Below are positions 37,772 through 55,087 of a DNA stretch of 64,000 nt, in pieces. Positions within the stretch are counted from its first letter, which is position 1. Each line of letters starts with the position of its first letter. The position numbers and the translations under genes were made by a program. The stretch comes from an uncultured delta proteobacterium. GTDB taxonomy: Bacteria; Desulfobacterota; RBG-13-43-22. Below the pieces are notes generated by a model. It worked only from the letters and a program-made list of their open reading frames with translations, did not search any database and was not told the DNA's origin. The stretch spans positions 38,652 through 102,651 of the forward strand of contig CAWJJC010000019.1 of NCBI GenBank assembly GCA_963843145.1. The letters run 5' to 3'.

Positions 37772-39061
37772 ATGCAAGTTCCTTTTCTGGATCTGAAAGC
37801 CCAATACGAAGCCATTAAACCCGAAATCCATTCCGCCCTGCAAGCGGTGATCGACAAAACCGCTTTTGCCGGGGGGCCGTTTGTGGAGAAGTTCGAAAAG
37901 GACTTCGCCCTTTTCTGCGGCTGCCCGGAAGCCATCGGGGTGGGCAGCGGCACGGAGGCCCTCTGGATGGCCCTGCTGGCCCTGGGCGTCGGGCCGGGAG
38001 ACGAGGTCATCACCGTGCCCAACACCTTCATCGCCACCGCCGAGGCCATCTCCTTCTGCGGCGCCACCCCGGTTTTTGTGGATGTGGACGAGCACACCGC
38101 CACGATGGACCCGGGGAAGCTTGAAGAACTTCTTAAGCGCAGAGCGCTGAGCGCGAAGCGCGGAGCGGAGATGGAAGAGGGAAGAGGGAAGATGGAAGCA
38201 AAGACCCCTATCCCCTATCCCCTGCCCCCTAGACCCTCCCAAGAAGAGGGAAGAGGGAAGAGGGAAGAGGGAAGCGGCCAACCTTTTTCTCGCTCCTCGC
38301 TCCTCGCTCCTCACTCCTCACCCCCTAACGGTAGTCTAAAAGCCATAATTCCTGTCCACCTCTACGGCCAAACCGCCGATATGGACCCCATTCTGGACTT
38401 GGCGGAGAAATACGGCCTGGTTGTTGTGGAAGACGCCTGCCAGGCCCATGGGGCGGAGTATAAGGGAAAGCGGGCCGGGTCGCTCGGGGCGGCCGGGGCC
38501 TTCAGCTTTTACCCAGGTAAAAACCTGGGGGCCTACGGAGAGGCCGGGGCCATTGTCACCCGGGATAAAACCCTGGCCGATCGGCTGCGGGTCTTTCGGG
38601 ACCACGGCCAGGCCCGCCGTTACTATCATGATGTGGTCGGTTGGAACGGGCGCATGGACGGCTTCCAGGGGGCGGTCCTGGGAGCGAAGTTGAAGTACTT
38701 GGAAGAATGGAATAATGGAAGATTGGAAAATGCCAAACGATACCGGAAGCACCTGGCGGGGGTCGAGGGGGTCGTGTTGCCGGGGCAAGCGGACTATGCG
38801 CGGCACGTGTACCATTTGTTCCCGGTGCGGGTCAAGAACCGGGACGCCGTGCTCCAGGCATTAACCGAGCAGGGAATAGGCTGCGGCATCCACTATCCGG
38901 TACCGATCCACCTCCAGAAGGCCTATGAATTTCTGGGTCATCAAACGGGGGATTTCCCGGTCTCCGAAAAGATCGCTTCCGAACTGATCTCCCTGCCCAT
39001 GTTCCCCGAGCTGACCGAGGAACAGGTGGCCTACGTCGCCGAAGCCCTGAAGGATGCGTGA
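37772..39061 (+). CDS. DegT/DnrJ/EryC1/StrS aminotransferase with in-frame repeat-derived insertion
   Basis: SD AAGGAG; VPFLDL, NTFIATAEAI, PVHLYGQ, EDACQAHG, SFYPGKNLGAYGEAG. Confidence 0.93.
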   Translation: MQVPFLDLKAQYEAIKPEIHSALQAVIDKTAFAGGPFVEKFEKDFALFCGCPEAIGVGSGTEALWMALLALGVGPGDEVITVPNTFIATAEAISFCGATPVFVDVDEHTATMDPGKLEELLKRRALSAKRGAEMEEGRGKMEAKTPIPYPLPPRPSQEEGRGKREEGSGQPFSRSSLLAPHSSPPNGSLKAIIPVHLYGQTADMDPILDLAEKYGLVVVEDACQAHGAEYKGKRAGSLGAAGAFSFYPGKNLGAYGEAGAIVTRDKTLADRLRVFRDHGQARRYYHDVVGWNGRMDGFQGAVLGAKLKYLEEWNNGRLENAKRYRKHLAGVEGVVLPGQADYARHVYHLFPVRVKNRDAVLQALTEQGIGCGIHYPVPIHLQKAYEFLGHQTGDFPVSEKIASELISLPMFPELTEEQVAYVAEALKDA

Positions 39062-39171
39062 AGACGCGGGGCGCATAGCGCTGAGCGCAGAGGGAAGATG
39101 GAAGAAATAAAAAGAAGAGAGAGGGAGAGAAGAGAGAAAAAGAAGGAAAAAACAGGGGAAAAAGGAATCTT

Positions 39172-39335
39172 GGCCGCAGGCCCGACAGATTTTTTTGGGT
39201 GACCCGCAGTTCAGGGGCAGCCAAAAAAATCTTTCTCAGCGCCCTCAGCGAGACTCGAGGCGAAGCGGGCGAGAGGCAAAAGGATTTTCCGTCATTGACC
39301 CTCACGCCCTCGCTCCTCACACTTTGACGGCTCTA
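39172..39335 (+). repeat. Element right half plus partial ~120-bp cassette-boundary repeat
   Basis: AGATTTTTTGG...CCAAAAAAATCT hairpin, TTCTCAGCGCCCTCAGCG, CGAAGCGGGCGAGAG, CCTCACGCCCTCGC. Confidence 0.6.
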
Positions 39336-39379
39336 ATCTTCTGCATATTCTTCGCTTTAATTTTAGTAAGCTTCACTAG

Positions 39380-40445
<1,066 letters not shown>

Positions 40446-40451
40446 AACGAA

Positions 40452-40659
40452 TCTCTCACAGAGCGCACAGAGATCACAGAGAAAAAATAATTTTTGATTG
40501 CCGCTGAGGGGCCGGCAATCAAAAAAAATCTCCCGCTCCGCGAACGAAACCCCGCCGGAGGCGTGAGTTGTTTTGAAAAATCGGCCTCTCATCGATTTTT
40601 CAAAAAAAGAATCGTCTTTCTCTGCGCCCTCCGGGAACTCGAGCGAAGCGGGCGAGAGA
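40452..40659 (+). mobile_element. ~210-bp twin-hairpin element with 9-bp-periodic arms, upstream of the GxxExxY gene
   Basis: CTCACAGAGCGCACAGAGATCACAGAGAAA ... two hairpins ... TTTCTCTGCGCCCTC..GAACTCGAGCGAAGCGGGCGAGAGA. Confidence 0.75.
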
Positions 40660-40669
40660 TAATAAACTC

Positions 40670-41074
40670 ATGGATCTAAACCAACTTTCCTCTGACATCA
40701 TCAAGGCGGCTATAAATGTTCACAAGGAACTCGGGCCAGGATTACTGGAAAGCGTCTATCAGGTTATGCATGGCCAAGGAATTATCGATCGATGGGGAAA
40801 AAACTCGCAGACAGAGGTGCCGTTTCCCCATTTATTACAAAGAGGAAATAGTCCAGCAATGAAGGCTTTCGTCTGGATCTCTTAATCGAAGAGACCATGA
40901 TCGTTGAATTGAAATCAGTTGGTCAAATCCAGGAGATTCATAAAAAACAATTATCTAACCTATCTCCGCCTGGCCAAGAAACCACTGGGATTACTTATAA
41001 ATTTTAATGAAGTCCTTATCAGAGACGGCATAACCCGGATTGTTAATTCACCTCTGGAGGATGGCCGGCAATAA
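40670..41074 (+). CDS. GxxExxY protein (PD-(D/E)XK nuclease-like), frameshifted
   Basis: IIKAAINVHKELGPGLLESVYQ; in other frames FRLDLLIEETMIVELKSV, TYLRL, GLLINF, ITRIVN. Confidence 0.88.
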
Positions 41075-41216
41075 AGAACCAATCCGGCGCAACCTCGCAC
41101 CCCCGCCGGAGGCGTGAGGCGGTTTTAAAGAATGCCGTCCCTCTCAACGGCAGTTTTTAAAAAATAATTCGTCTTTCTCTGCGCCCTCTGTGAACTCGAG
41201 CGAAGCGGGCGAGAGA
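41055..41216 (+). mobile_element. Second copy (right ~160 bp) of the twin-hairpin element, overlapping the GxxExxY 3' end
   Basis: GGCCGGCAATAAA, CCCCGCCGGAGGCGTGAG, hairpin with CTCTC loop, TCGTCTTTCTCTGCGCCCTC..GAACTCGAGCGAAGCGGGCGAGAGA. Confidence 0.75.
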
Positions 41217-41326
41217 AAAGACATCCCTGGTGAAGAAAATCATCTAAGAGTCTTTTCGGGCTGACTTAGTCCCTTGACTTAGTTTATTACCTTATGGTAA
41301 AGTTATTGCCTTAATAGGGAGATTCT

Positions 41327-41551
41327 ATGCCGGATATCGTTAATGTACATGAAGCCAAGACACATTTATCCAGTCTTCTGGAAAAAGTCAAGGGAGGACA
41401 GGTTATCATCCTGGCGAAGGCCGGGCGTCCGATTGCCCGTTTGGTGCTCTATGACGAAGTAAATCCGCGAGCAGGGGGATTTGTCGAGGGCACTTTTGAC
41501 GAATCCTTTTTTGATCCTTTGCCGGAGGAGGAACTCTCCGCCTGGGGGTAA
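41327..41551 (+). CDS. Phd/YefM family antitoxin
   Basis: VNVHEAKTHLSSLLEKV..G..IILAKAGRPIARL. Confidence 0.92.
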   Translation: MPDIVNVHEAKTHLSSLLEKVKGGQVIILAKAGRPIARLVLYDEVNPRAGGFVEGTFDESFFDPLPEEELSAWG

Positions 41552-41559
41552 TAGAATGA

Positions 41560-41958
41560 ATGAAGGCGAGATTCTTGCTTGATACCCATGTTCTTTTATG
41601 GTGGTTTTTTGGAGACCGGCGCCTTTCGGAAAAAGCCTCGGAAACCATTAAAGATCCGGACCACGCGATTCTTGTCAGCTGCGCTTCAGCTTGGGAAATT
41701 TCCACTAAATTCCGGTTGAGGAAACTTCCCCAGGCCGGAACGGTTGTGAGGAATTTCTCCGCTCTGATTAGGCAGGCTAGTCTGGAAGAACTGCCTATTT
41801 CCATCGATCAAGCGTTGGAGGCGGGTGGGCTTCCTCGGGACCCCACCGAGATCCCTTTGATCGGATGCTGATCACGCACAGGCCCGTCTGGAAGGTATTC
41901 CCCTCGATTGGTCTGACCCGGTTTTTGGACAATTGACCCAGTTTCCATCGTCTGGTAA
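41560..41958 (+). CDS. VapC/PIN domain toxin (frameshifts near 3' end)
   Basis: LLDTHVLLW, SAWEI, HRDPFDRML in a shifted frame. Confidence 0.88.
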
Positions 41959-42070
41959 CCAGTACGGACAGAGAGAAGCGGAAAAACGAGATGGAAAATA
42001 GAAGAGGGAAGAGTGTAGAACAGACGCCCTCGGCTGTGTACCGGCTGCGTTGGAAATTCAGAAAAGACGA

Positions 42071-42378
42071 TTCACCACAGACACAGAGAACACAGAGTGA
42101 ATATTTTTTTCCTTTGGCGGGATCCCGCCGCCGGCGGGAGCGCCAAAGGAAAACAGCTCAGCCGCTCTGCGAGCATGAATTTTGTTGCTAGTGAACTGGA
42201 TATGAATCGTCACGCTCTGCGCCCAACGCTCCGCGCTCCGCGTCTAGCGCCGCAGGCTGGGGGGGTCTAAAATCGGCATCTCCCGATTTCAGGGAAAAAT
42301 ATCAATCTCTGTGCTCTCCGTGCCTCTGTGGTGAAAACGTCTTCTTCTTTGCGTCCTTGGCGCTTTTGCGGTGAATAT
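42071..42378 (+). mobile_element. Twin-hairpin/9-mer element subfamily 2, full copy
   Basis: TTCACCACAGACACAGAGAACACAGAG left arm; TTTCCTTTGGCG..CGCCAAAGGAAA and AAATCGG-CATCTC-CCGATTT hairpins; CTCTGTGCTCTCCGTGCCTCTGTGGTGAA right arm. Confidence 0.7.
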
Positions 42379-42392
42379 TTTGTCTTCCTCAG

Positions 42393-42515
42393 CGAACTCG
42401 AGCGAAGCGGGCTAGAGATATGAAGGTTTTTCTGTCTTTTTCAACTCCTCACGCCCTCGCGCCTTACAGCCATCATTTTGATATGATTGTCACTTGTCAA
42501 GACCTGACACCAGAA
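42393..42515 (+). repeat. ~120-bp cassette-boundary direct repeat, copy A
   Basis: CGAACTCGAGCGAAGCGGGC...CTCCTCACGCCCTCGCGCCTTAC...ATTGTCACTTGTCAAGACCTGACACCAGAA. Confidence 0.85.
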
Positions 42516-42556
42516 ACTTTGTTGACCGCTGTTAAACAGTAGGATCGATCCGACTC

Positions 42557-42742
42557 ATGCATCCCGAGCAGACAAAAATCTATAAACGATTGTCCCCGAC
42601 GGAGAAACTTCGAATAGCCGGAGAGCTGTACGCGACCAGTCGGAAGTTGAAAACGGCCGCTGTGCGAAGGCAGCATCCAGACTGGTCCGCGCTGGAAGTG
42701 GAAAAAAAAGTCCGGGAGATATTCTTGTATGCCCGAACCTGA
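42557..42742 (+). CDS. Small helical protein, probable partner of the downstream nucleotidyltransferase
   Basis: 61 aa, RLSPTEKL...RRQHPDWS; overlaps the next gene. Confidence 0.7.
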   Translation: MHPEQTKIYKRLSPTEKLRIAGELYATSRKLKTAAVRRQHPDWSALEVEKKVREIFLYART

Positions 42743-43299
42743 TTTTTCCAAGCTATTCATCTCGAAATTTAACCGGATTGGGGTCAATTACTTCATTACC
42801 GGTTCGATAGCCAGCATCCTTTACGGAGAGCCGCGACTGACCCACGATATCGACTTAGTGATCTCTCTAGACCGCCAGGATATAGAAAGATTTATTGAGG
42901 CCTTTCCGGAAGACGAATATTATTGCCCCCCGGAAGATATCATGCGCATTGAATTGAAGCGAACCTCCCGGGGCGCGTTTAACCTGATCCATCTGCCGAC
43001 GGGTTATAAGGCTGATGTTTATTTGATGGGGGAAGATGCCCTGCACCAATGGGCCATGGTTAATAAGCGGTCGTTTGAGGTGGAAGGCGAAACCTTATGG
43101 GTAGCTCCCCCGGAATATGTCATCCTCCGGAAATTGGAATTTTATCGGGAAGGCGGGTCCGATAAGCATTTGACGGGATATCGCCGGAATGCTGGCCAAT
43201 TCTTCTGAGCTGATCGACTTTTCATTCCTTTCAAACCAAATGAAATTGCTGGGCCTCGAGCAGGAATGGGAAAAAGCCAAGGGCTTTTCCGCCTCCTAA
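42729..43299 (+). CDS. Nucleotidyltransferase-fold protein (frameshift ~43170)
   Basis: ITGSIASILYGEPRLTHDIDLV, PEYVILRKL..Y..GGSDKH; continues DIAGML..WEKA in another frame. Confidence 0.8.
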
Positions 43300-43428
43300 C
43301 TCAAGCGAAGCGGGCGAGAAAATGAAGGTTTTCTGTCTTTTTCAACTCCTCACGCCCTCGCGCCTTACGCCTCACGGTCTATAATTTTGATTTAATTGTC
43401 ACATGTCAAGACCTGGCACCAGAAGCTG
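43298..43428 (+). repeat. ~120-bp cassette-boundary direct repeat, copy B
   Basis: Near-identical to copy A; begins at the stop codon of the preceding gene. Confidence 0.85.
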
Positions 43429-43474
43429 TTCCGAGCGAAGTGGGCGAGAGATAAAGGGTCTATCTTTCACTACA

Positions 43475-43896
43475 ATGATTAAATTCAAAAAAATTCCTCC
43501 AAACATTGAGGAGCTTCTTCCCGGGGCGGCCCGTTATCTGAAAAATCAACCGGAAGTCCGATTTGTCTATCTTTTTGGGGGATTGGCGGTTGGTCGACGG
43601 GGCCCTTAAGTGATATTGATCTGGCTGTTTATTTAGCTGACGAGAGGAAGACACCCTGGATCAAAATAGAATTATTGAATCATTTAATCGATCTGCTGCG
43701 GACCGAGGAAATTGATCTGGTCATTTTAAACACGGCCCCTTTGCCTTTGGCCTATCGAATCCTAAAGAATAAAAGAATTCTGGTTGACCGGGCCCCCTTC
43801 CTTCGCCATCGCTATGAATCGCTGATCATCAGGGAATATCTGGATTTTTCCGTGGCGGAAAGCCGGATTTTCGAGAGAAGGTACCTCCATGGTTGA
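43475..43896 (+). CDS. Minimal nucleotidyltransferase antitoxin (MntA-like), frameshifted
   Basis: VYLFGG...SDIDLAV...EIDLVILNTAPL. Confidence 0.8.
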
Positions 43897-44323
43897 CCGG
43901 GGTCTGGTGCTGCGAAAATTGGCGGAACTGGAGGGATATCAAAACCAGCTCCTGGAATTCAAAGGAATGACGGTCAAGCAATACCGTGATGATTGGAAGA
44001 CCCAGCGGATTGTCGAGCGTACCCTGCAGATGATGATCGAAACCTGCCTGGATATGGCCAATCACCTTGTTTCGGATCAGGGCTACCGGATGCCGGTAAG
44101 TTATGCGGACATCTTCAAAGTCCTCGGTGAAAATAAAGTTTTGGAAAAAAAACTGGTCGTTCGCCTGGAAAAGATGGCCAAGTTCCGGAATGTCCTGGTG
44201 CACCAATATGAAAAGATCGATCCCGAAATCATCCTCGGCCTCCTAAAAAAGAATTTGGGGGATTTCGGCCAATTTAGAAAAGCTGTGGTAGGGTTTGTTC
44301 AAAACCGTCAGAACCTCGAGTGA
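43889..44323 (+). CDS. HEPN/DUF86 RNase toxin (HepT-like)
   Basis: VERTLQ..IE..LD.ANH, FRNVLVHQY. Confidence 0.9.
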   Translation: MVDRGLVLRKLAELEGYQNQLLEFKGMTVKQYRDDWKTQRIVERTLQMMIETCLDMANHLVSDQGYRMPVSYADIFKVLGENKVLEKKLVVRLEKMAKFRNVLVHQYEKIDPEIILGLLKKNLGDFGQFRKAVVGFVQNRQNLE

Positions 44324-44389
44324 CCGAAGAAGGCGGACGAGGGACAAAAGGCCTATCTCTAAATAATTCGTCTTTCTCTGAGATCTCCG

Positions 44390-44512
44390 CGAACTCGAGC
44401 GAAGCGGGCAAGAGAAAAAGGCCTTCCGTTTTACACCGCCTCGCGCCCTCGTGCCTCACGGTCTATAATTTTGTTATGATTGTCACTTGTCAAGACCTGA
44501 CACTAGAAGCTG
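44390..44512 (+). repeat. ~120-bp cassette-boundary direct repeat, copy C
   Basis: CGAACTCGAGCGAAGCGGGC...GCCTCACGGTCTATAATTTTG..ATTGTCACTTGTCAAGACCTGACACTAGAAGCTG. Confidence 0.85.
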
Positions 44513-44577
44513 AAGGACAAGATGGAAGATGGAAGCAACTGCGATGACCCCTTCTTCGAAGGGGCGGAGATCAGGTG

Positions 44578-44961
44578 GTGACGGAACGTATTAAAACAGT
44601 CAGGGATCTGGTCGTTTACAAGAAAGCATTTGTTGCGGCAATGTCCATTTTCGAAATATCGAAGACTTTTCCCAATGAGGAAAAATATTCGTTGACCGAT
44701 CAGATCCGTCGATCCTCGAGATCAGTGTGCACAAATATCGCCGAGGCGTGGTGAAAAAGGAAATACAAGGCCGTCTTCGTCAACAAGCTTTCGGACTCCG
44801 GTCAAGAGGCTGCGGAAACTCAAACCTGGCTGGAATTCGCCCTTGCCTGTCGATATATCAATGCCCAGATTTACGAAGATTTGTTCGCAGAATACGAACA
44901 AATCTTCGCCATGCTCCATGCTATGGGGGAGAAAGCTTCAGCTTTCTGCAATAAAGGTTAA
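44578..44961 (+). CDS. Four-helix-bundle (23S rRNA IVS/Avd-like) protein with in-frame TGA at 44752 (read error or pseudogene)
   Basis: Own translation: RDLVVYKKAF..FPNEEKYSLTDQIRRSSRSVCTNIAEAW*KRKY..F..KLSDS..EAAETQTWLEFA. Confidence 0.85.
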
Positions 44962-45031
44962 TGGTAGTTGCTTCCATCTTCTCTCCCAACCCAGTGCAGC
45001 TTAACCTAATTTATTGTCTAGTGAGGTGAAC

Positions 45032-47765
<2,734 letters not shown>

Positions 47766-47916
47766 TCACGCACGAATCTCCTCAAAGTGGAGTTTCAAAA
47801 CGAATCAAGTGGTCCGATCCTGGATATGAACACGACATCGACGACTCTCGGTGGCAGGATGATCTCTGCACTAGTCGACGGATCGATCTCCCAAGTTGTT
47901 CGATCGCAGACGATGC

Positions 47917-51650
<3,734 letters not shown>

Positions 51651-52070
51651 ACGGAGCCCTGCCTTCGCTGAAGAGATCACAAGACGCGAGTCTGACAAAA
51701 CTCGCGATCAATAAACATACCTGAGACAAACACCATCCACTTAGTCACTGACATCTGCCCGGGACGCAGATGCTCAGCCGGTTCTGACCCCAAATTACGG
51801 CCACATCAGACAATTCGACCAAACGGTGCGCGACGAAAGGCACCTGTCGATCAACTCGACAGCTGCCTGCTTCTCTGAGCCATCCACATCAAATTCAGAA
51901 ACGCCGGACGCTCGCTGGACACCAAGTGCCGAGCCTTCATTCACTAACGGATAAGTGCCTCAAGAGGCAACTGAATCCAAACCACTGGCATTTGCCACCG
52001 CCGGGGGCGATCAACGATCGCCCCGGCCAGTGCCAACGAAAAGCTCTGTCACAGAGTCTGCAACAATCAA

Positions 52071-52476
52071 TTACTTGATGTCGCAGGTACCGCCAGCCGC
52101 AACAACTTCGGCCTTCAGCTTCTCTGCATCTTCCTTGGAAACACCTTCCTTCAAAGGCTTTGGGACGCCTTCGACAAGGTCTTTTGCTTCCTTCAGACCA
52201 AGGCCCGTTACGGCGCGGACAACCTTGATGACAGCGATCTTGTTTTCGCCAAAACCTGTCAGAACGACGGTGAATTCCGTCTGTTCAACGGCAGCTTCAG
52301 CGGCAGCAGCCTGGCGCAGCAGCGATCATCATCGCACCGCCACCTGCTGGCTCAATGCCGTGAACTTCCTTCAGGTAATCTACGACCCGCTTGGCCTCCA
52401 GCAGGGTCAAACCAACAATCTTATCGCCAAGCTCTTTCGTCTTGCTGTCAAATTCAGTGGCTGCTTCTGCAGACAT
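52071..52476 (-). CDS. rplL: 50S ribosomal protein L7/L12 (frameshift ~52310)
   Basis: [30 protein letters not shown]. Confidence 0.95.
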
Positions 52477-52552
52477 TGCCAACACCTTTCTCTTTCGGTA
52501 ACACGCTTTTCGTTAACAACAAATCACATCAGCAGAACACCAAGCCGCTGAA

Positions 52553-53074
52553 TCACTCAGAAATTTCTTTTTCAGACAACGTCTTCAACTGGCCAGCCAA
52601 CTGACCACCTGGACTCTGCAGACAACCTGCCAACTGCCTTCCGGGAGCCAGCATCAATCCGGCAATCTGACCGATCGTTTCGACGCGGCCAGCACTCTTG
52701 CTGAGACTATCGACAGCAGCCGCATTCAGAGTCTGACCCTCAACGCTGCCACCCTTGATTTCAAGCTTCGGCATCTCCTTCGCGTACTTCGTCACCGCTT
52801 TGGACAAAGCAACAACGTCATCACCACCCCAAACCAACGTCGAAGGCCCCGCCAGAACGGTGTCCAGCCCTTCGATACCCTTTTTCTTCAAGGCATTTGC
52901 CGCGATAGAATTTTTGACCGTCAACGCCGTGATCTGATCTTTCCGCAGATCCAGCCGCCAGCGATTCGCAGTGACCGCATCGATCTTTGAACAGTCGACG
53001 ACGATGAAATCCTTCACATCGCCAATCCGCGACTGGATATCCGAAATCACCATGTCTTTAACGTGACGACCCAT
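52553..53074 (-). CDS. rplJ: 50S ribosomal protein L10
   Basis: VKNSIA, LAGPSTLVWG; position between rplA and rplL. Confidence 0.92.
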   Translation of the reverse strand: MGRHVKDMVISDIQSRIGDVKDFIVVDCSKIDAVTANRWRLDLRKDQITALTVKNSIAANALKKKGIEGLDTVLAGPSTLVWGGDDVVALSKAVTKYAKEMPKLEIKGGSVEGQTLNAAAVDSLSKSAGRVETIGQIAGLMLAPGRQLAGCLQSPGGQLAGQLKTLSEKEISE

Positions 53075-53140
53075 TGCTGACAACTCACCGCAAAAACAAA
53101 TTCTAGTCAACCCAAGCAACCCGACGCAACAGCCCGCAGC

Positions 53141-53846
53141 CTAAACGGCGACCAGAATCGCAGGCATCATTGTCGCCGAAACCACTACTCCGCGAACATA
53201 AACGCCTTTTGAAGCATTCGGCTTCAGACTGCGAATAAAACTCAGCAGCGATTCAATGTTTTCCGTCAACTTATCAGCATCAAATGACATGCGACCAACA
53301 ACGCAATGCACGTTGGAGCCATTATCGACTCGAAACTCCACTTTACCCGCCTTGTATTCCCGCACAGCCGTAGCAACATCCTGAGTCACCGTACCGGCAC
53401 GCGGACTTGGCATCAAACCACGCGGACCAAGCACCCGGCCCAGCGGCCCAACGACACCCATCATGTCGGGCGTCGCGATGGCAACATCAAATTCCAGCCA
53501 TCCGTCCTTAATCTTGTCGGCCAGACTCTTTACCACCAACAATATCGGCACCTGCCGCCTGAGCGATCTTGACGTTCTCACCCTGAGCGAACACAATCAC
53601 ACGCTGCGATTTGCCGATCCCGTGCGGCAGCACGATGGAGCCACGCACAATCTGATCGGCCTGCCGAGGATCAACACCCAGCCGCACGGCAATCTCAACC
53701 GTCTGGTCGAAACCAATTCGCTTAATCGCCTTTGGCATCGCCTCCTCAAGACCCTTCAGAGCCTTCACAGCCTCCGGCAACTGCATAACACCAAGCCCAG
53801 CCGCCTTCTTGGACAGTGCCTTCATTCGCTTCGACTGACCTGCCAT
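53141..53846 (-). CDS. rplA: 50S ribosomal protein L1 (frameshift ~53540)
   Basis: [30 protein letters not shown]. Confidence 0.95.
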
Positions 53847-53906
53847 TTTTCACACCCAAATCTGTCAACCAGAACCACTAAAAACACACATCCACACGCA
53901 CAGGAA

Positions 53907-54337
53907 CTAATCAATCACTTCGATTCCCATGCTGCGAGCCGTCCCGGCAATCATCTTGCGAGCCTGCTCAAGCGAAGATGCATTCAAATCTTCGTACTTC
54001 TGCTTTGCGATCTGCTCCAGCTGCGCCGTCGTCACACTGCCGACTTTGGTCCGCAGCGGATTCCCGGAACCCTTCGCGATCCCGGCAACCTTCTTCAGCA
54101 GCACGGCGGCCGGAGGGCTCTTCAGAACAAACTCAAACGTGCGGTCATTGTAAACCGTGATGACACAGGGAATCGTGATCCCCATCATGTCACGAGTTTT
54201 CTCATTGAACTGCTGAACAAACTGCCCGATGTTCACGCCATGCGGACCAATGCAGTACCAACCGGCGGAGCCGGCGTTGCCTGACCCCCCGTAACCTGCA
54301 CTTTGATCTGTGCCGTCACCGCACGCTTCTTACCCAT
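53907..54337 (-). CDS. rplK: 50S ribosomal protein L11 (frameshift ~54245)
   Basis: [28 protein letters not shown]. Confidence 0.95.
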
Positions 54338-54397
54338 GACCGATCAACCCAACTCGCTAAACAAAACAAGCAATAAGACACCGCAATCAATATCAAC

Positions 54398-54968
54398 TCA
54401 GACCGACTCAACCTGCCAATGATCCAATTCAACCGGAGTTGATCGCCCGAAAATCTCAATCAAAACCGAAACTTTACCGTTGTGCTCATCCACACCCTCG
54501 ACGGTCCCCTCGAAATTCTCGAAAGTCCCTTCGCGAATCTTCACAATGTCACCCGATGAAAACTGAATTCGCACTTTCGGAGCCGCGGTCGCCTGCTGCT
54601 CCGCACGACCCAGCATCCTGTCCACCTCATGCTGCTCCATCGGCATCGGCTTGCCAGCCGCACCCGCAAAGTCACCTACGCCACCAGTATCACGAACCAG
54701 ATACCACGTGTCATCGTTCAAGCACCATCTGAATCATGATGTAACCAGGAAACAATTTCCGATCATGCTCTTTTGGAGCTCCACCGCGAGTATCAACAAC
54801 CTTCTCTGAAGGAATCACAATCTCGCCAAAAAACTCTTCCAGACCTTCAAGCTTCACCTTCTTCAGCAACGCTTCGCGAATTGTTCGCTCACGATTTGTC
54901 TGAACTTTCAGCACGAACCAGAGCATGTCGCTGGCCGCAGAACTGGTACTCACTGCGTCTTTGGCCAT
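54398..54968 (-). CDS. nusG: Transcription factor NusG (frameshift ~54720)
   Basis: WFVLKVQ, KLFPGYI, KOW motif, [10 protein letters not shown]. Confidence 0.95.
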
Positions 54969-55087
54969 GAAGACAAACCTCCTGAACAACCCCGGCAAAA
55001 AAATCGAAACCGCGTATGCTGATGACCGGAAAGCCAAATTGCAACCGCTGAGCCAAACCGTTTGAAAACTTGCCGACAGACACCAAG

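Noticed and set aside
42393-44512. Classical integron attC sites
   Set aside because: I could not find RYYYAAC...GTTRRRY inverse cores or an overall palindrome by eye, and there is no intI. A formal IntegronFinder run is still needed.
44752-44754. Selenocysteine or stop read-through in the four-helix-bundle gene
   Set aside because: The context AEAW-x-KR fits an Arg (CGA) rather than a Cys position, so a C-to-T error or nonsense mutation is simpler.
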